In this document: in pieces, positions 1 through 12,893 of the stretch
Layout: each line of letters starts with the position of its first letter
Numbering within the stretch: the first letter of the stretch is position 1
From: Octopus sinensis
Lineage: Eukaryota
Assembly: GCF_006345805.1 (NCBI RefSeq)
Contig: NC_043000.1
Coordinates: forward strand, 36,270,001-36,334,000
Direction: 5' to 3'
DNA: 64,000 nucleotides
Translations under genes and position numbers: made by a program
The notes under the pieces: generated by a model
The model's database searches: none
Told to the model about the DNA's origin: nothing
What the model saw: only the letters and a program-made list of their open reading frames with translations

Positions 1-90
1 ACATGCATACATACATACATACATGCATACATGCATACACACCCACACACACACACATATATGTGTGCATGTATGTATGTATATATATAT

Positions 91-754
91 AGCCCGCTTT
101 CAGTCATGTGTACATTTAGCTGGAGTTTTTTCGGCACTTCAAGCACTTCAAGCGTTTTAGCCTTAGGTTCCTTGATATAATTGTATACATATGTATATTT
201 TAATTAATTTAATGTATTAATTGCTTATAAATGTCTATAGCATGCTGACTACTTAATAAAAATCATTAATGCGATTTTTATCCTTATATTCTTTTATGAA
301 TTAATAAACAATTTAAATAATATAATTTAATTATTTTTACTTCTGACCGGATAACATGTATTGCTTCACAATTCCCACAATATATACACGTTGACTGCCG
401 TGAGGGGATTTTAAATTCACTTTTCTTGGATGTATACGTGCAAGTATTTGCATGTGGACGTGTGAACTTGCATTGGACGTAGGTACAATTATTTGGGCTT
501 ATATTTCTCCCCGTGTATCGTGTTGATGAAGGAAGAAAGCTTATGTTTTTGCTTTAATCTAGAAATTGGAACCAATACACAATTAACATGAGGTATTTTT
601 AATTTTCTCTCAAAAGCCCGCTTCCGGTCCATTTAGCTGTACATTTAGCTGGGGTTTTCGGGTAGTTTTTTGAATTTATCGGCACTTAAAGCATGCTGGA
701 GACAGGTAGTTTTGGCCTAACTCCCTTGATATATTTACGCACACACACACACAC

Positions 755-809
<55 letters not shown>

Positions 810-910
810 CATATATATATAATTATAAACTTAATGTATTAATTACCTATAAATATTTATAGCATGCTGACTACCTGATAAAAATCATTAACTTGATTTT
901 TATCCTTATA
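91..910 (+). repeat. Diverged direct duplication (91-290 and 615-910)
   Basis: Both blocks start AGCCCGCTT, share TGTACATTTAGCTGG and end AGCATGCTGACTAC(T/C)T(A/G)ATAAAAATCATTAA...TTTTTATCCTTATA. The second copy carries a (CA)n expansion. Confidence 0.8.
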
Positions 911-949
<39 letters not shown>

Positions 950-964
950 GTACATGCATACGTA

Positions 965-1380
965 TGTACGGCCGAAGATCAGAGATTAATTCACAAAGTG
1001 GAGTCACTAATAAACTTTAAGTGCAGATTAGCAGACATCATGGTAGGTGCGAAAGAACAATTGCACCTTACCATACGGCGCAAAGCTTTTCCAGTTTGAT
1101 AATTCAAATATTTGACCAAACAACAGACTACAATCTGGATGCAAGGGTAAGAATAGGTGCAGGAAGATCAGACTTGAAGTTGCGCAATACAATATAAACA
1201 GATAGCACCTTTATCAAACGCACCAAATTGAAATGCTTAAGCTCCCTGATTCTTGCAGTAGCGTTGTTAGGGAGTGAAGCGGGTACACTAAATGTAGTGG
1301 TCACTAGACAACTGGGGTCGTTTGTGATGGTGAACTACAAGCGAGTACTACTTACTAGTTGGAATGGTTCGTAGAACGAA
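965..1380 (+). pseudogene. Degenerate RTE-like LINE fragment (C-terminal part of RT region)
   Basis: Manual translation gives ...LILAVALLGSEAGTL...RQLGSFVMVNYKRVLLTSW, resembling the RTE-type motif LYGxETWTL...RRLxxFEMxCYRRILxISW. Stops and frameshifts present. Confidence 0.55.
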
Positions 1381-1700
1381 CGGTTTAGTCCTGTGGGAAA
1401 ATGTTGAAGACGACAAACAAATGTCAAAAATGTGAAATATCTATGTCGTATTGTCAAGAACAGTACGTGGGGGTCCCGACCGGCTAAAGAATGAGACTGC
1501 AGTAGATGGCGTGTAATGTTGTGTTTCTGAGGCTCCCAAACCTCATATTCTGCATGAGTATACTTAGATCATTCTGAACCGGACATTCATCAATAATCAT
1601 CGATCAAATTATAACGCTGCACCGTAGAGTGGCTGAAAATAATTAGGAAATTACTATTATTAAATCTCACAACGAGAGATATTCAGCAACAGTACTTTGG

Positions 1701-2005
1701 AGTAAAGATTGTTTGCCAACGTAACATGGCAGTCTTGGTTTAGGATGAATGTTGCTGTAATTTAGCCCCAGGAGACTTCGTCTCCAGCAGGCTATACGAC
1801 ACGGTCTGTGTCCTTATATTTTCGAACAAAGGGGTGCTAGATTATATTTTCGAACAAGTGGCGGTACTAGATTCCCTTGTTCGAAAATATAAGGACACAG
1901 ATCATGTCGTATAGCCAGATGGAGACGATGTCTCCTGGGGCTAGATTACAGCAATATTCGTCCTAAACCAGGACTGCCATGTTATGTTGGTAAACAATCT
2001 TTACT
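1701..2005. mobile_element. MITE / fold-back element with ~130-bp inverted arms
   Basis: Left arm AGTAAAGATTGTTTGCCAAC...TTCGAACAAAGGG is the near reverse complement of right arm CCCTTGTTCGAA...GTAAACAATCTTTACT; short spacer; no ORF. Confidence 0.85.
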
Positions 2006-2766
2006 GAAAATAATTAGTTCGTCATATCCGAATTTCCATAGATTACGGTGAACGTTTGTAGGAGGAAATAAATTTAATAAATTTTACTATTGTTTTGTTA
2101 ATCCCTCACAAATTTCCTACTGATATGAAGCGAAATTGATATATAATAATCGTAATTAATTTCTTGTTTCTTCTTCTGACCTATAAAAGCATAACATTTT
2201 TACATGAATCACTCCCACTCTGCTTTGATGAAACAAGAAATGATGAAACAGTTGTGTACTATTAGAGAGATTTTTAAATAATAAATACATTATTTTCTCA
2301 CATATTGAGTTCATCAAACATACGAGAACTGACATTGATTGTTGAGCAACTTATACAAATAAAAATTCGTTGTTCTGTTCACAGTTTACTACACAAATAC
2401 AGTTTTATTATATGATCAACGATGGGTGAAATGTGTCCGGCCTGCAGGTGATTGTCAAAAGCACGTGCAGGCTAAAAAAGGAATTCTTCCGGAACGTTCA
2501 AAGTAGCATTTTGTGTATGTGTGTGTGTGTGTGTTTGCTTGTGTGTATAAGAGCTGCCAATGCAGTGTGGTGAAAAGGTCTGTTTCGTAACAAATTGGTT
2601 TCGAGTTCCGTTCCACAGCGCAACGCATTGGACATATGAATATATGATGATTAGCCCATTACATATTTATATACCTGTGTGAGCTTTTGTAATGTGTACA
2701 TTTGTACATACGACTCTAAGTCAGTATGTAGAGATATATATGTTATATACACACACACACATATAT

Positions 2767-2803
<37 letters not shown>

Positions 2804-3286
2804 GCATACGTATACATTCGCGGAATCACGTGCTTAAGCGTATATGAAGTTACACTGAACGAAAATCACTAATATATTTACGCTATGTCAACTGCATGCT
2901 GCCCCACACACACGTTTGCATTCATACTCATCCCCCACATACACACACATACACATGTATACACATATACACACACACATATGTTACTTTATATGTATAT
3001 CAATATCATACGATATCCTATCATATCCCAGAAAGAGTTCATCGATATTTAGTTAACAAATAGATCTGTGAGGTGATTTTTCAATAGCCGCCATATTGAA
3101 AACCTATGATGTCCATCCAGTTATACGCTTCATTGCACCTATCTAAGATATATCTAATTAAGTTGACACTTCAATGATTATTCCACAAATCTTTGCCCCA
3201 ACACCCAACACGGACATGCATCGCTGAACATTCAACATTCATTATTCAGCTCCTCTTTGGCTTTCGCTTTTTTTCTCGCAAATATA

Positions 3287-3363
3287 TTAATAATAATAAT
3301 AATAATGATAATAATAATAATAATAATAATGATAATAATAATAATAATAATAATAACAATAAC

Positions 3364-3401
<38 letters not shown>

Positions 3402-3484
3402 TAATAATGATAATAATAATAATAATAATAATAACAATAATAATGATAATAATAATGATAATAATAATAATAACAATAATAATG

Positions 3485-3544
<60 letters not shown>

Positions 3545-3642
3545 GTAATGATGATGATGATGAAAATAATATTTATAATCTGGTTATAGCAAAAACTACT
3601 ATTACTGCAACAATAAAATAATAATAATAATAATAATAATAA

Positions 3643-3677
<35 letters not shown>

Positions 3678-3701
3678 ATAATAATAATAATGATGATGAT
3701 G

Positions 3702-3749
<48 letters not shown>

Positions 3750-4008
3750 GTGCTGATGTCGATGATGATGATATTTATGAAGTTGATGCTGTTGACAACG
3801 ACGACGACGATGATGTTTTTGATGGTGATGATGATGGTGATGATGAAGATGACAATAATAAACACGATCACGATTTTTCACCTAATAATATTCATAATGA
3901 TATCAACAATAATAAGAATATGCAACGATAACGGAGATGAAAACTATGATGATGGTGGTGATGATGATGGTGATGATGAGGATAAATGGTGATGATATAT
4001 GAGGCTAC

Positions 4009-4058
<50 letters not shown>

Positions 4059-4100
4059 ATGAAGTCGGTAATAACTGTGATGGCGAAGATGGCGATAATA
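3287..4100. repeat. Compound trinucleotide microsatellite (AAT)n/(ACT)n/(GAT)n/(GCT)n
   Basis: Directly visible; explains the poly-N/I/L/M ORFs in the track. Confidence 0.95.
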
Positions 4101-4429
4101 ATTATTGTGAACGTCATTATCGCTATTTATTGCTCGTCTTTCAAGCCGGGGATGTCATCTGCGCAGGAGGTGACTGGATGTTGTTGGGGTTGCGGGTACT
4201 CAAGGGGCTGGTGGTGAAACGGAAGCATTATTGGATTCAATTTGAGTGTTAAATGTGTTCCTCTGTATTAAAGAGCTCTAGCTTGTCATTCGCTAGTAAT
4301 AGTTCTAAATGTCAAAGGTTAACATATTAACTATCACTCGACCCCCCACCCATCTTCCCCGTTTTTTTTTTTTTTGCTGTCGATATAACAAGTCTGTATA
4401 AACTCCGACCCAGCAAGCTTTACACTCTT

Positions 4430-4950
4430 TCTCTCTCAGTAACACATACTCTCTCTCTTTCTCTCTGTATTTTCTACCCCCTCTCTGTCTTTCTTTCTTT
4501 CTTTCTTTCGTTCTCTCTCTTACCCTCTCTTTCTTCTCTCTCTCTTGCCTTCTCACTTTTTCTTTGTTTCATTCGTTCTTCCTTCCTTTCTTTCTTCCTC
4601 TCTCATCTCATCTCTCATTCTCCCTTCTTTTTCTCTCTTCATAATTCTCTCTTTCCCTGTTTTTCTCTGTCTCTCCCGTCTCTCCCCCTCTCTCTAAAGC
4701 CTACTTCCTTTCCTTCTCTCTCTCCCGCCCCTCTCTCTCTGAAGCCTAATTCCTTTCTTTCTCTCTCTCTCTCTCTCTCTCAAGTAAGCCTACTTTCTTT
4801 TTTCTCTCTTTCTCTCTCAAGTCTACGTCATTTCCTTCTCTCTCTCCCTCACTCTCGCTCAAGCCTGCTTCCTCTCCTCCCCTTCTCTCCCTTTTCCCGT
4901 CTCTCGGTTTAGGGTTTCCTTCTCCACTCCTTCTTCCTTCTCTCTTATTA
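4430..4950. repeat. Polypyrimidine / (CT)n low-complexity tract
   Basis: Directly visible. Confidence 0.9.
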
Positions 4951-5114
4951 GTTGCTCAATACCATCGCCCAATATACACAGAGAAAGGTCTCTTGAGAGC
5001 GGTTCAATGAGATTCAGTTTATTTAATCTATCGATTAACGCCGCCCTTTGCACCGCCAACACTGGTTCCCTCTCACACACCACCAGCACTACCACCCATA
5101 CCACCATCAACTAT

Positions 5115-5153
<39 letters not shown>

Positions 5154-5268
5154 CACTACCTTCCCCACCGCAACCAGCGCCGCTTTCTCAGCGTTGACAC
5201 CAGCACTACTATCTCTATTGTCATAATCACAGCACTAAAATGCTCAATCAGCAGCACCACCATCACCC

Positions 5269-5460
<192 letters not shown>

Positions 5461-5573
5461 CGCCGCCACCATCTTACTAACTTTCCCAGTATCACCATCG
5501 AACTGTTATTATCACAACTAACTTAAGGCGGCGACCTGGCAGAATCGTTATCATTATTATTATTATTATTATT

Positions 5574-6121
5574 GAGTGAGAGAGCAGTGCATGCGATCAA
5601 AGTGACGGTAAGATAAAATATGCGAAGCCCAGTATACCCATCATGACTATCCGTCTGATAAGGGTACACTAGGCACATGCATCACAACCATATGTGCGCG
5701 ACATGGTGATCTCATATCAAGATAAACAGCACATGACCTTGCAAGGGGGGTGCAGTTAGAATTTTTTCTGGTCAAGTAACCCATCCCGTCAAAAGGTCCT
5801 TAAATAAGGGTTGTTTAAGGATGTTGAACGAAACACCCATGTTTCCAGAGGTGAATCATTCAAGCCCCAAAGAATCCCTCTCAACACATAGCTATGGTGC
5901 TCCTTCACTACTTCTGCTCGTGGTCAGAGATGCACATATCGTCAGCCTCTAAGGGACATGGTCAAATAGTTAAGGTCAAACAACTGACAAGTAAATCTGT
6001 GGTATTGAGCAGAATATTTGCTGTAGCCCATCTTTTATACCAAGACAAAACATGATAACACTTCCAATCAGTTACGATCAAAGCCACGTGAATCACTGCC
6101 TGGTACTGCATCAGGGCATTT
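5574..6121 (-). mobile_element. Non-coding ~550-bp element flanked by (TAA)n and (TGA)n; putative non-autonomous retroelement
   Basis: Complex sequence with sharp boundaries against trinucleotide repeats on both sides, adjoining the Dong-like stack. No ORF. Orientation is inferred. Confidence 0.55.
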
Positions 6122-6142
6122 ATCATCATCATCATCATCATT

Positions 6143-6189
<47 letters not shown>

Positions 6190-6213
6190 TATTATTATTA
6201 TAATTATTATTAT

Positions 6214-9083
6214 TTTATGTTTGACTCTTGCTTTATATTTGTACAAGTTGGCTCCAAGTCTCACCCAGAGACCTCAAGAGGCAACAGGTTGGAAGTTCAT
6301 GTTGTTGTTATGCCTTTTTGGGGTGTTGTACTAGTGAATGTCAAAAAAAAAGGCGAAAACTATGTTTGTTTTAAACCTTGGGATTACATAGAAAGTATTT
6401 TGAGTAGGATATATTTGCTCAGTTTTTGGTAGGTCTTGACAGATACGTTTATATCGATTGGGACAGTCATATCAATGAGGAGGCATGTTCTTTGTGTGAA
6501 GTCTTTCAATATGATGTCTGGCCTATTTGCATCTATATTTCTGTCAGTTTGAATGGTGAAGTTCCAGAGGAGTGAGATGTGGTCATTTTCAAGCACTGGA
6601 GGTGGTTTGTGTTCCCACCAGTTTTTTTCATGGGGCAAATCCAGGTTTCTGCAAATTACCCAGTGAATATATAGTGCAGCTCTATCATGCCTGTTGAGAT
6701 ACTCTGTAGGCGCTAGAAGACTGCACTTGGAGACAACATGATCAATGGTTTCATTTTGTTGTTGACGTACACGACATGTTGGGCTACTGCCGTTCTTTAA
6801 TATGTTGGCCTGGTAGTTTCTTCTTGGTAGGCATTGATCTTGAGCTACTATGATAAAAACCTTCTGTTTCAGATTTTAAACTTGAGGCCATTAGCCATTG
6901 ATGGGTCAGGGCTTTGTCAACATCTGCATTATTCGCTCTCTTTGGATATTTGCCATAGAGAGGTTTTTCTTGCCATTATCATTCAGAATATCTAAGGCAG
7001 CAGTTTTAGCACGGGTTTTCATGCTTTTAGCTTTTTCTGTGCTTGTTTCTTGTATGTCTAATTCCGCAATTTATTGTATTCGGAATTCACTTAGATATTT
7101 CTTTGTCTGTTTTGTTACTGAGTATGATGCTTTCTTGTTTTCATGTTTTGAGACAAGTTTTAACATCCAGTCCGCAGAGTTTTTCAGGTAGTTGTCTAGG
7201 CCAATTGTAGCAATCTTCATTGTTATTGCCAGTTGTAAAAGTCCACGGCCTCCCTCTATTCTTGGCAGATAAAGTCGTTCTATATCTGCCTTAGGGTGGT
7301 GCATTCTATGCATTGCCAACACTTTTCGTATTTTTCTGTCAAGGTTACATATTTCAGTAATTGACCAGTTAACGATATTGAAACTGTAAGTCACGACTGG
7401 TATGGCTAAAGCATTGATCGCTTCGATCCTGTTTCTCGCATTCAGCTCTGTCTTGAGTATTGCTCTTACTCTGCGATAACATTCTCTCCTGACCCTTTCC
7501 TTCATCACTGAATGCCTTATTCCGTCCCCTTCAATTACCCCTAGGTACTTGTAGCTCTCCGCTGGGTCTAATTCTCTTATGACATTCTGTTGGTCAAGGT
7601 TAACGTTAGATGTTTCTGTCATTTTCCCTTTGATAAAGGTAGCTTTTGCACACTTATCAAGGCCAAATTGCATTCTGATGTCATCACTGAATTGTTTAAC
7701 AATCTCTAGTAAGCCCTTGTGTTGTTGGTCATTTTTTGCGAAGAGCTTTAAATCATCCATGTAAATGAGATGATTTATATTTTTATCAAACATTTTATAA
7801 CCATTGAGCAATTTTGAGAGAGGTATTAAGGCTAACCAAAAGAGGAGTGGTGATAGTGAGTCACCCTGGAAAATGCCACATGAAATTTTTACATCACCAG
7901 CATTTAGAGATTCATTGTCACTGTTCAAAGTTAGTGTGGTTCTCCATGATCTCATACTTACAGACAAAAAGTTTCGCAGAATAGATGCTATTTTATACAT
8001 TTCCAGGCATCCAGGCTATTGATAAGATTTTGTGTCGTTTGTGACAATCTTCTAAGATCATCTTATTGATGAGTAGTTGATCTTTACAACCATAGGATCC
8101 AAGTTTACATCCTTTTTGTTCATTAGGGAATATGCTGCTGTCTGTTAAAAACCTATAGGTATATTCCGTCAGGACAGATGTTAGCGTTTTATACATAGTT
8201 GTTAAACAGGTTATGGGTCTATAGGTTTTGGTTTATTTGTTTCTTCACTTTTTGGAAGCAGGAATGTTAACCCATTAACTAGCCAAGGAGGCATCCTACT
8301 AGGGTGTTGCAAAACATCATTGTAAAATCTGTTAGCAGTTTATGGCTCTCTAGGAAGGCATTCAACCAGAAGTTAGGAATGTTATCCTTTCCTGGAGACT
8401 TCCACCCTCCCACTTTTGCTCTTCTAAGGAGTCCAGTTCTGTAGATATGCTATCAATCCAGGGGCCTTTTCGTTGTATGTTTTTTCTTCTGCCCAAATTT
8501 TATTCCAAAATCTCTGCACTTCTTCTTTTGATGGTACAGATTTACAATAACTGGTGTTTTTCCCATCTTCCTGTAAAAAGTTTTGGGGCTACTTTTGAAC
8601 ATGCTGTTGTCTTTGAAGCATCTAACACGCTTTTCATACCTCGCTATGCGGGCAGCTTTAGCAGATACCTTTTGCTTGATGGTTTCTATGGTGGCATCAA
8701 TATCAAGTATAGTTTTCACTTTATATTTTTTCATTAATTTTGGGGTTTTTGTAGGTTTGGTAGTCTTGTCAACCTTAAGGCTTTTCAAATATTCAACGTC
8801 AGATCTAAATAGTTTAATTTGTTGTTGGATACGCTCTTGCCAAGAAGGCTTTTTGTGGGAATGTTGCCGTTGAGATTTTCGCGGATGCATAGTATAGGTG
8901 GTTGAGATCTGTGATATCAACATCATTAGCTGAAATTATATGCTTAAGTGCAAGTCGGATTTTGCCAATTATTTTCATGTTTTGGTTAGAGTTGCTGATT
9001 TTAGGGAGTGTATCGCGTTCATCCATACTGGTTTCTTTAATTTTCAGCCGTTCAATGATGATTTGATTTTTTAGCTCATTAGC
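6214..9083 (-). mobile_element. R4/Dong-like REL-endonuclease non-LTR retrotransposon, copy 1 (5'-truncated, internally deleted)
   Basis: RT motifs GIFQGDSLSPLLF and YMDDLKLF; degenerate CCHC finger CRVRQQQNETIDHVVSKC; RHD motif; REL motif PDIILKD...IDMTVP. Both ends abut (TAA)n. Confidence 0.88.
7071..8000 (-). pseudogene. Longest open RT fragment (309 aa) of Dong-like copy 1
   Basis: ORF track: QGDSLSPLLF, YMDDLKLFAKN, FGLDKCAK, YKYLG, RLYLPRIEGGRGL. Confidence 0.9.
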
Positions 9084-9139
<56 letters not shown>

Positions 9140-11391
9140 GAGTACTTTTATTTTCATAGCGTGCTTTCACTTCACTACCCAGCGCAGCTCTGTCTGCCTT
9201 GGGTATGTGCTGTGATTTGTTGTGATGCTCTGATGGTTACTGTATTGAAAGTGTTCTGCGTAGGATGTGTGCAGTGCCTAGTAGTGCAATTTTCTGCATG
9301 TTATATGTGTTTGTAAGTCCTGGTGTTTTTGTTATGTATTTGTCTGAATATTTTTTTATCATGCCTAATGCACCTACTATGATAGGAATTGTTTCTGTTT
9401 TTAGATTCCACATTCTGGTTACTTCTATTTCCAGGTCTTTGTATTTTGAAGGTTTCTCCATATCTTTTGGAGACACGTTGTCATCTGTTGGTATTGATAC
9501 ATCAATTAGAAAGTATTTTTTTTTCTTCATGATCTCTGACAACTATATCTGGTCTGTTGGCCTTAATTTCTCTATCTGTGAGTATTGGCATATCCCAGAG
9601 TATGGTTGCTTTCTCGTTTTCTGTGACCTTTTCTGGTGTGTGCTTATACCATCTTTTTTGTGTTGTTATTCCATAATGTTGGCATAGCTTCCAGTGTATG
9701 TAGGTCCCAATTCTGTCGTGTCTGTGAATATATTCCTTCTTAGCCAGGACTGGGCAGCCAGAGATAATATGATTTATTGTTTCTTGTCCATCTCCACATA
9801 TTATGCAGTTACTTGTTATATTTCTTTTCATTACATGTTTTTGGTAATTTCTGGTGGAGAGGCTTTGGTCTTGTGCTGCAATTAAAAATCCCTCTGTCTC
9901 TGCTTTGAGTCCTGAGCTTCTCAACTATTGCTGGGATTTTTCTTTGTCTATTTCTGTTGCATTTAGTTTAGTCCAGTATTTGCCATGAAGGGGCTTTTCT
10001 TGCTATCCTTTTATCATGGTTCGTTGCTGTTCTATTTTTAGTTTGGATTTCATTTGTTTTATAGCTTTTGTTGTTTCTTCATCATCATCATCATCATCAT
10101 CTTCTTCTTCTTCTTCTTCTTCTTCTTCTTCTTCTTCTTCTTCTTCTTCTTCTTCTTCTTCTTCTTCTTCTTCTTCTTCTTCTTCTTCATATTTGTTAGG
10201 TGGTATGATTTGTTTGTATTTGTCAGCTTCCTTAAATACTGAGAACAGTTGTTTTGTTTTGCTGGTGTTTTGCCGCTATTTGTATCAGTTTTCCTTCCTT
10301 CTGAAGTAGATATCTTTGCAGTCTTATGGTGGTTATTTTATCGTAGTTTTCCAGCTGTATAAGGCCTCTACCACCTTCTATACGTTGTATATATAGCCTT
10401 TCGATGTCAGATTTTGGGTGATGCATCCTAGATCCTGTCATTATTTTTCTTGTTTTTCTATCTATTTTGGTCAGTTCATTTAGTGTCCAGTTAAGGATAT
10501 TGTAGCTGTAACTTATAACTGGGACGGCTAAAGTGTTAATACCTATTATCTTGTTTTAGCATTGAGCTCTGTTTTTAGTATTGATCTAACTCGTCTATAG
10601 TATTCTTTCTTTATTTTCTCTTTCATTTGTGTGTGTTGTGTCTTATCTAGTTCATGGATTCCTAAGTATTTGTAAGTTTGGCTTTGGTCTAATTCTTTTA
10701 TTTCATTGGTTTTATCTAGTGTGATGTTGCTACTCTTAACTAGTTTTCCTCTTTTCATGGTTACTTTGGCGCATTTTTCTAATCCAAATTTCATATCTAT
10801 TTCTTTGGTAAATCCATGAACTGTCTTTAGTAGTGTTACCAGCTGTTTGTCATTTGTAGCGTATAGTTTTAGGTCATCCATATATAAAAAGTGGCTGATC
10901 GTTTTGCCGTAACATTTATATCCGCATCCAGTTCTATTTAGCATATCAGATAGAGGTGACAGTGCCAAGCGGAAAAGAAGTGGAGAGAGCGTGTCTCCCT
11001 GGAATATTCCTCTTCTAATGGGGATGGCTTTGGTTTTCACGAGTCCCTCTTTTGATTGGAGCTGTAGCACTGTTTGCCATTTATTCATAGAGTGTCCTAT
11101 GTATTTTATAATTGTTGGTGCTACTTTGTTAATGGCTAGTATTTCGAGGATCCATGTGTGGGGATGCTATCAAACGCCTTTCTGTAGTCGATCCAGGCCA
11201 TCCTGAGGCCTTTCTTCTTTCTGTGGCTGTCTTCAGTTATGGCTTTATTGATCATTAGTTGATCATTACAGTCATATGAGCCTTTGCGGCATCCTTTCTG
11301 GAAACAGGTTGTTTTCGTCCAGGTGCTTGTTCAATCTTTGAGATATTCCTGTAGTAAATGCTTTGTACATTGTAAATGTACAAATAATACA
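9140..11391 (-). mobile_element. R4/Dong-like non-LTR retrotransposon, copy 2 (different subfamily, 5'-truncated, frameshifted)
   Basis: ORF pieces 10546-11088 (QGDTLSPLLF, YMDDLKLY), 10232-10441, 9502-9924 (CIICGDGQETINHIISGC, RHD, RPDIVVRD) and 9237-9542 (IDVSIP...KYKDL...GTAHILRR). Both ends abut (TAA)n. A (TCT)n/(TCA)n expansion sits inside the ORF at ~10078-10188. Confidence 0.9.
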
Positions 11392-11459
<68 letters not shown>

Positions 11460-11464
<5 letters not shown>

Positions 11465-11674
11465 TCATTGCTTGGAATCGAACTAGTTGCCTGCGCCCTT
11501 AACAACTACTCCATATGCCCGTAGGGAATTAAAGAGTGAATTTTAGGGCTTATAAATCTAATAATTTTTTCATTAGATTTATAAGCCTTCAAATTTACAC
11601 CATAATTGCCCACGGGCATATGGCGTAGTGGTTAAGACCGCAGGCAACTAGTTCGATTCCAGGCAGTGACCTGA
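11460..11674. mobile_element. Fold-back of two outward-facing tRNA-derived SINE heads
   Basis: 11460-11530 is the reverse complement of ~11605-11674. The + arm has A-box TGGCGTAGTGG and B-box GTTCGATTCC. The inner palindrome GGCTTATAAATCTAAT...ATTAGATTTATAAGCC continues the pairing. Confidence 0.8.
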
Positions 11675-11685
11675 ATACTACTACT

Positions 11686-11767
<82 letters not shown>

Positions 11768-11777
11768 CAGCAACAAC

Positions 11778-11925
11778 ATCGAAAAATACCTTAGGAATGA
11801 GAACCCATGTTCGAAATTTCCCCAAGACACCTGATGAAGGCGAGAGGGTATATCAGCCGAAACACTGTGTTAAGAACAAACAAGATGAAGACAAATATCC
11901 GTCAAATGTAAATAATGTAAATAAT
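11778..11925 (+). mobile_element. Penelope-type tail with decayed minimal HHR (11826-11871)
   Basis: GACAC-CTGATGA-A-GGC...GCC-GAAACACT-GTGTT; homologous copies at ~15925-16022 (-) and ~38487-38627 (+). Confidence 0.7.
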
Positions 11926-12847
11926 GTTCCTTTCCAATGTCCTGAATTCCATGGGACGGATACCAGCCGTTCCTGTGTGGTAGATTTAATATGTTACTAT
12001 CCTTAAGAACTCCAGCAAACTCTTGTTTTCTTTAGTAATCCCCAGACTGCTTCAAGCTTTCCTTCTGGGTTTATGGGTAGAAGATAATACAAGCATTAGA
12101 GTTACCGCGTCAGTTTCGTCTATACCAACGTGCATGAGGGTTTTAGAAATGTCCTCTTAAATGATCGATGAAGACGTTTAGACAAGTGGTAAGGATATTT
12201 ATGTTGCATTTCTGATTGTAAGGTAGTGGTCTCGATTTGAGGACAGGGTGATGTGTTGGGCTCTTGACGTTGTACTCAGTTGCAAATGGGTTCAGCAATA
12301 GTTAGAAAGTGAACCCTTCGACTGACCGGCTTCGTATTCAGATTGCGGGGGAGTGTTGTATCTTCAGTCATGGAAGCACAGTTGTAGCGCTCATGACAAA
12401 TCTAAGTGTGCGTCTGTAAAAGTCTCAAGGTCGATGCTTTGCTTCTCTGACAACGAAGTGAAAAAGTAATACTGGTGAAATAGCAGACAATATCTGCTTT
12501 TTTCCATCGACAGCCATTGACGAAAGTGTATCACATATATTAAACTCTCCTTTGTTTATGGCTGTCGCAGTCACGTCTACCTTAAGACAACATTTCAGCT
12601 CTGACACATAAACGGATGTGTAAACAATTTTAAAATACACTTTGTCTTCGAAGACACCTCAAAGCTGGAAGAAGAGAATAACAATGTTAATATTTTGGAA
12701 ATATATTTTTATTCTGATAAATGTGACAAGAAAGCAAGGAAGTAAATAAATAAGAAAAAAATAGTGTACCATAAATGTTCCCCAATAAATGTTTCTCAGT
12801 AAACATATTAGAGCTAAGTATATCAACAACAACATTATATGTATATA

Positions 12848-12893
<46 letters not shown>

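Noticed and set aside
4120-4270. Minus-strand frame GTHLTLKLNPIMLPFHHQPLEYPQPQQHPVTSCADDIPGLKDEQ* as an exon
   Set aside because: Weak acceptor, no recognisable homology, and it lies between microsatellites.
5925-5955. Minus-strand CUGACGA in the 550-bp element
   Set aside because: Followed by GAG rather than GAA, with no stem I.
12000-12690. Complex block with a GGGGGAG-TGTTG junction (12347-12358) resembling an LTR polypurine tract, and a 71-aa ORF
   Set aside because: No second LTR, PBS or convincing integrase motif; too weak to call.
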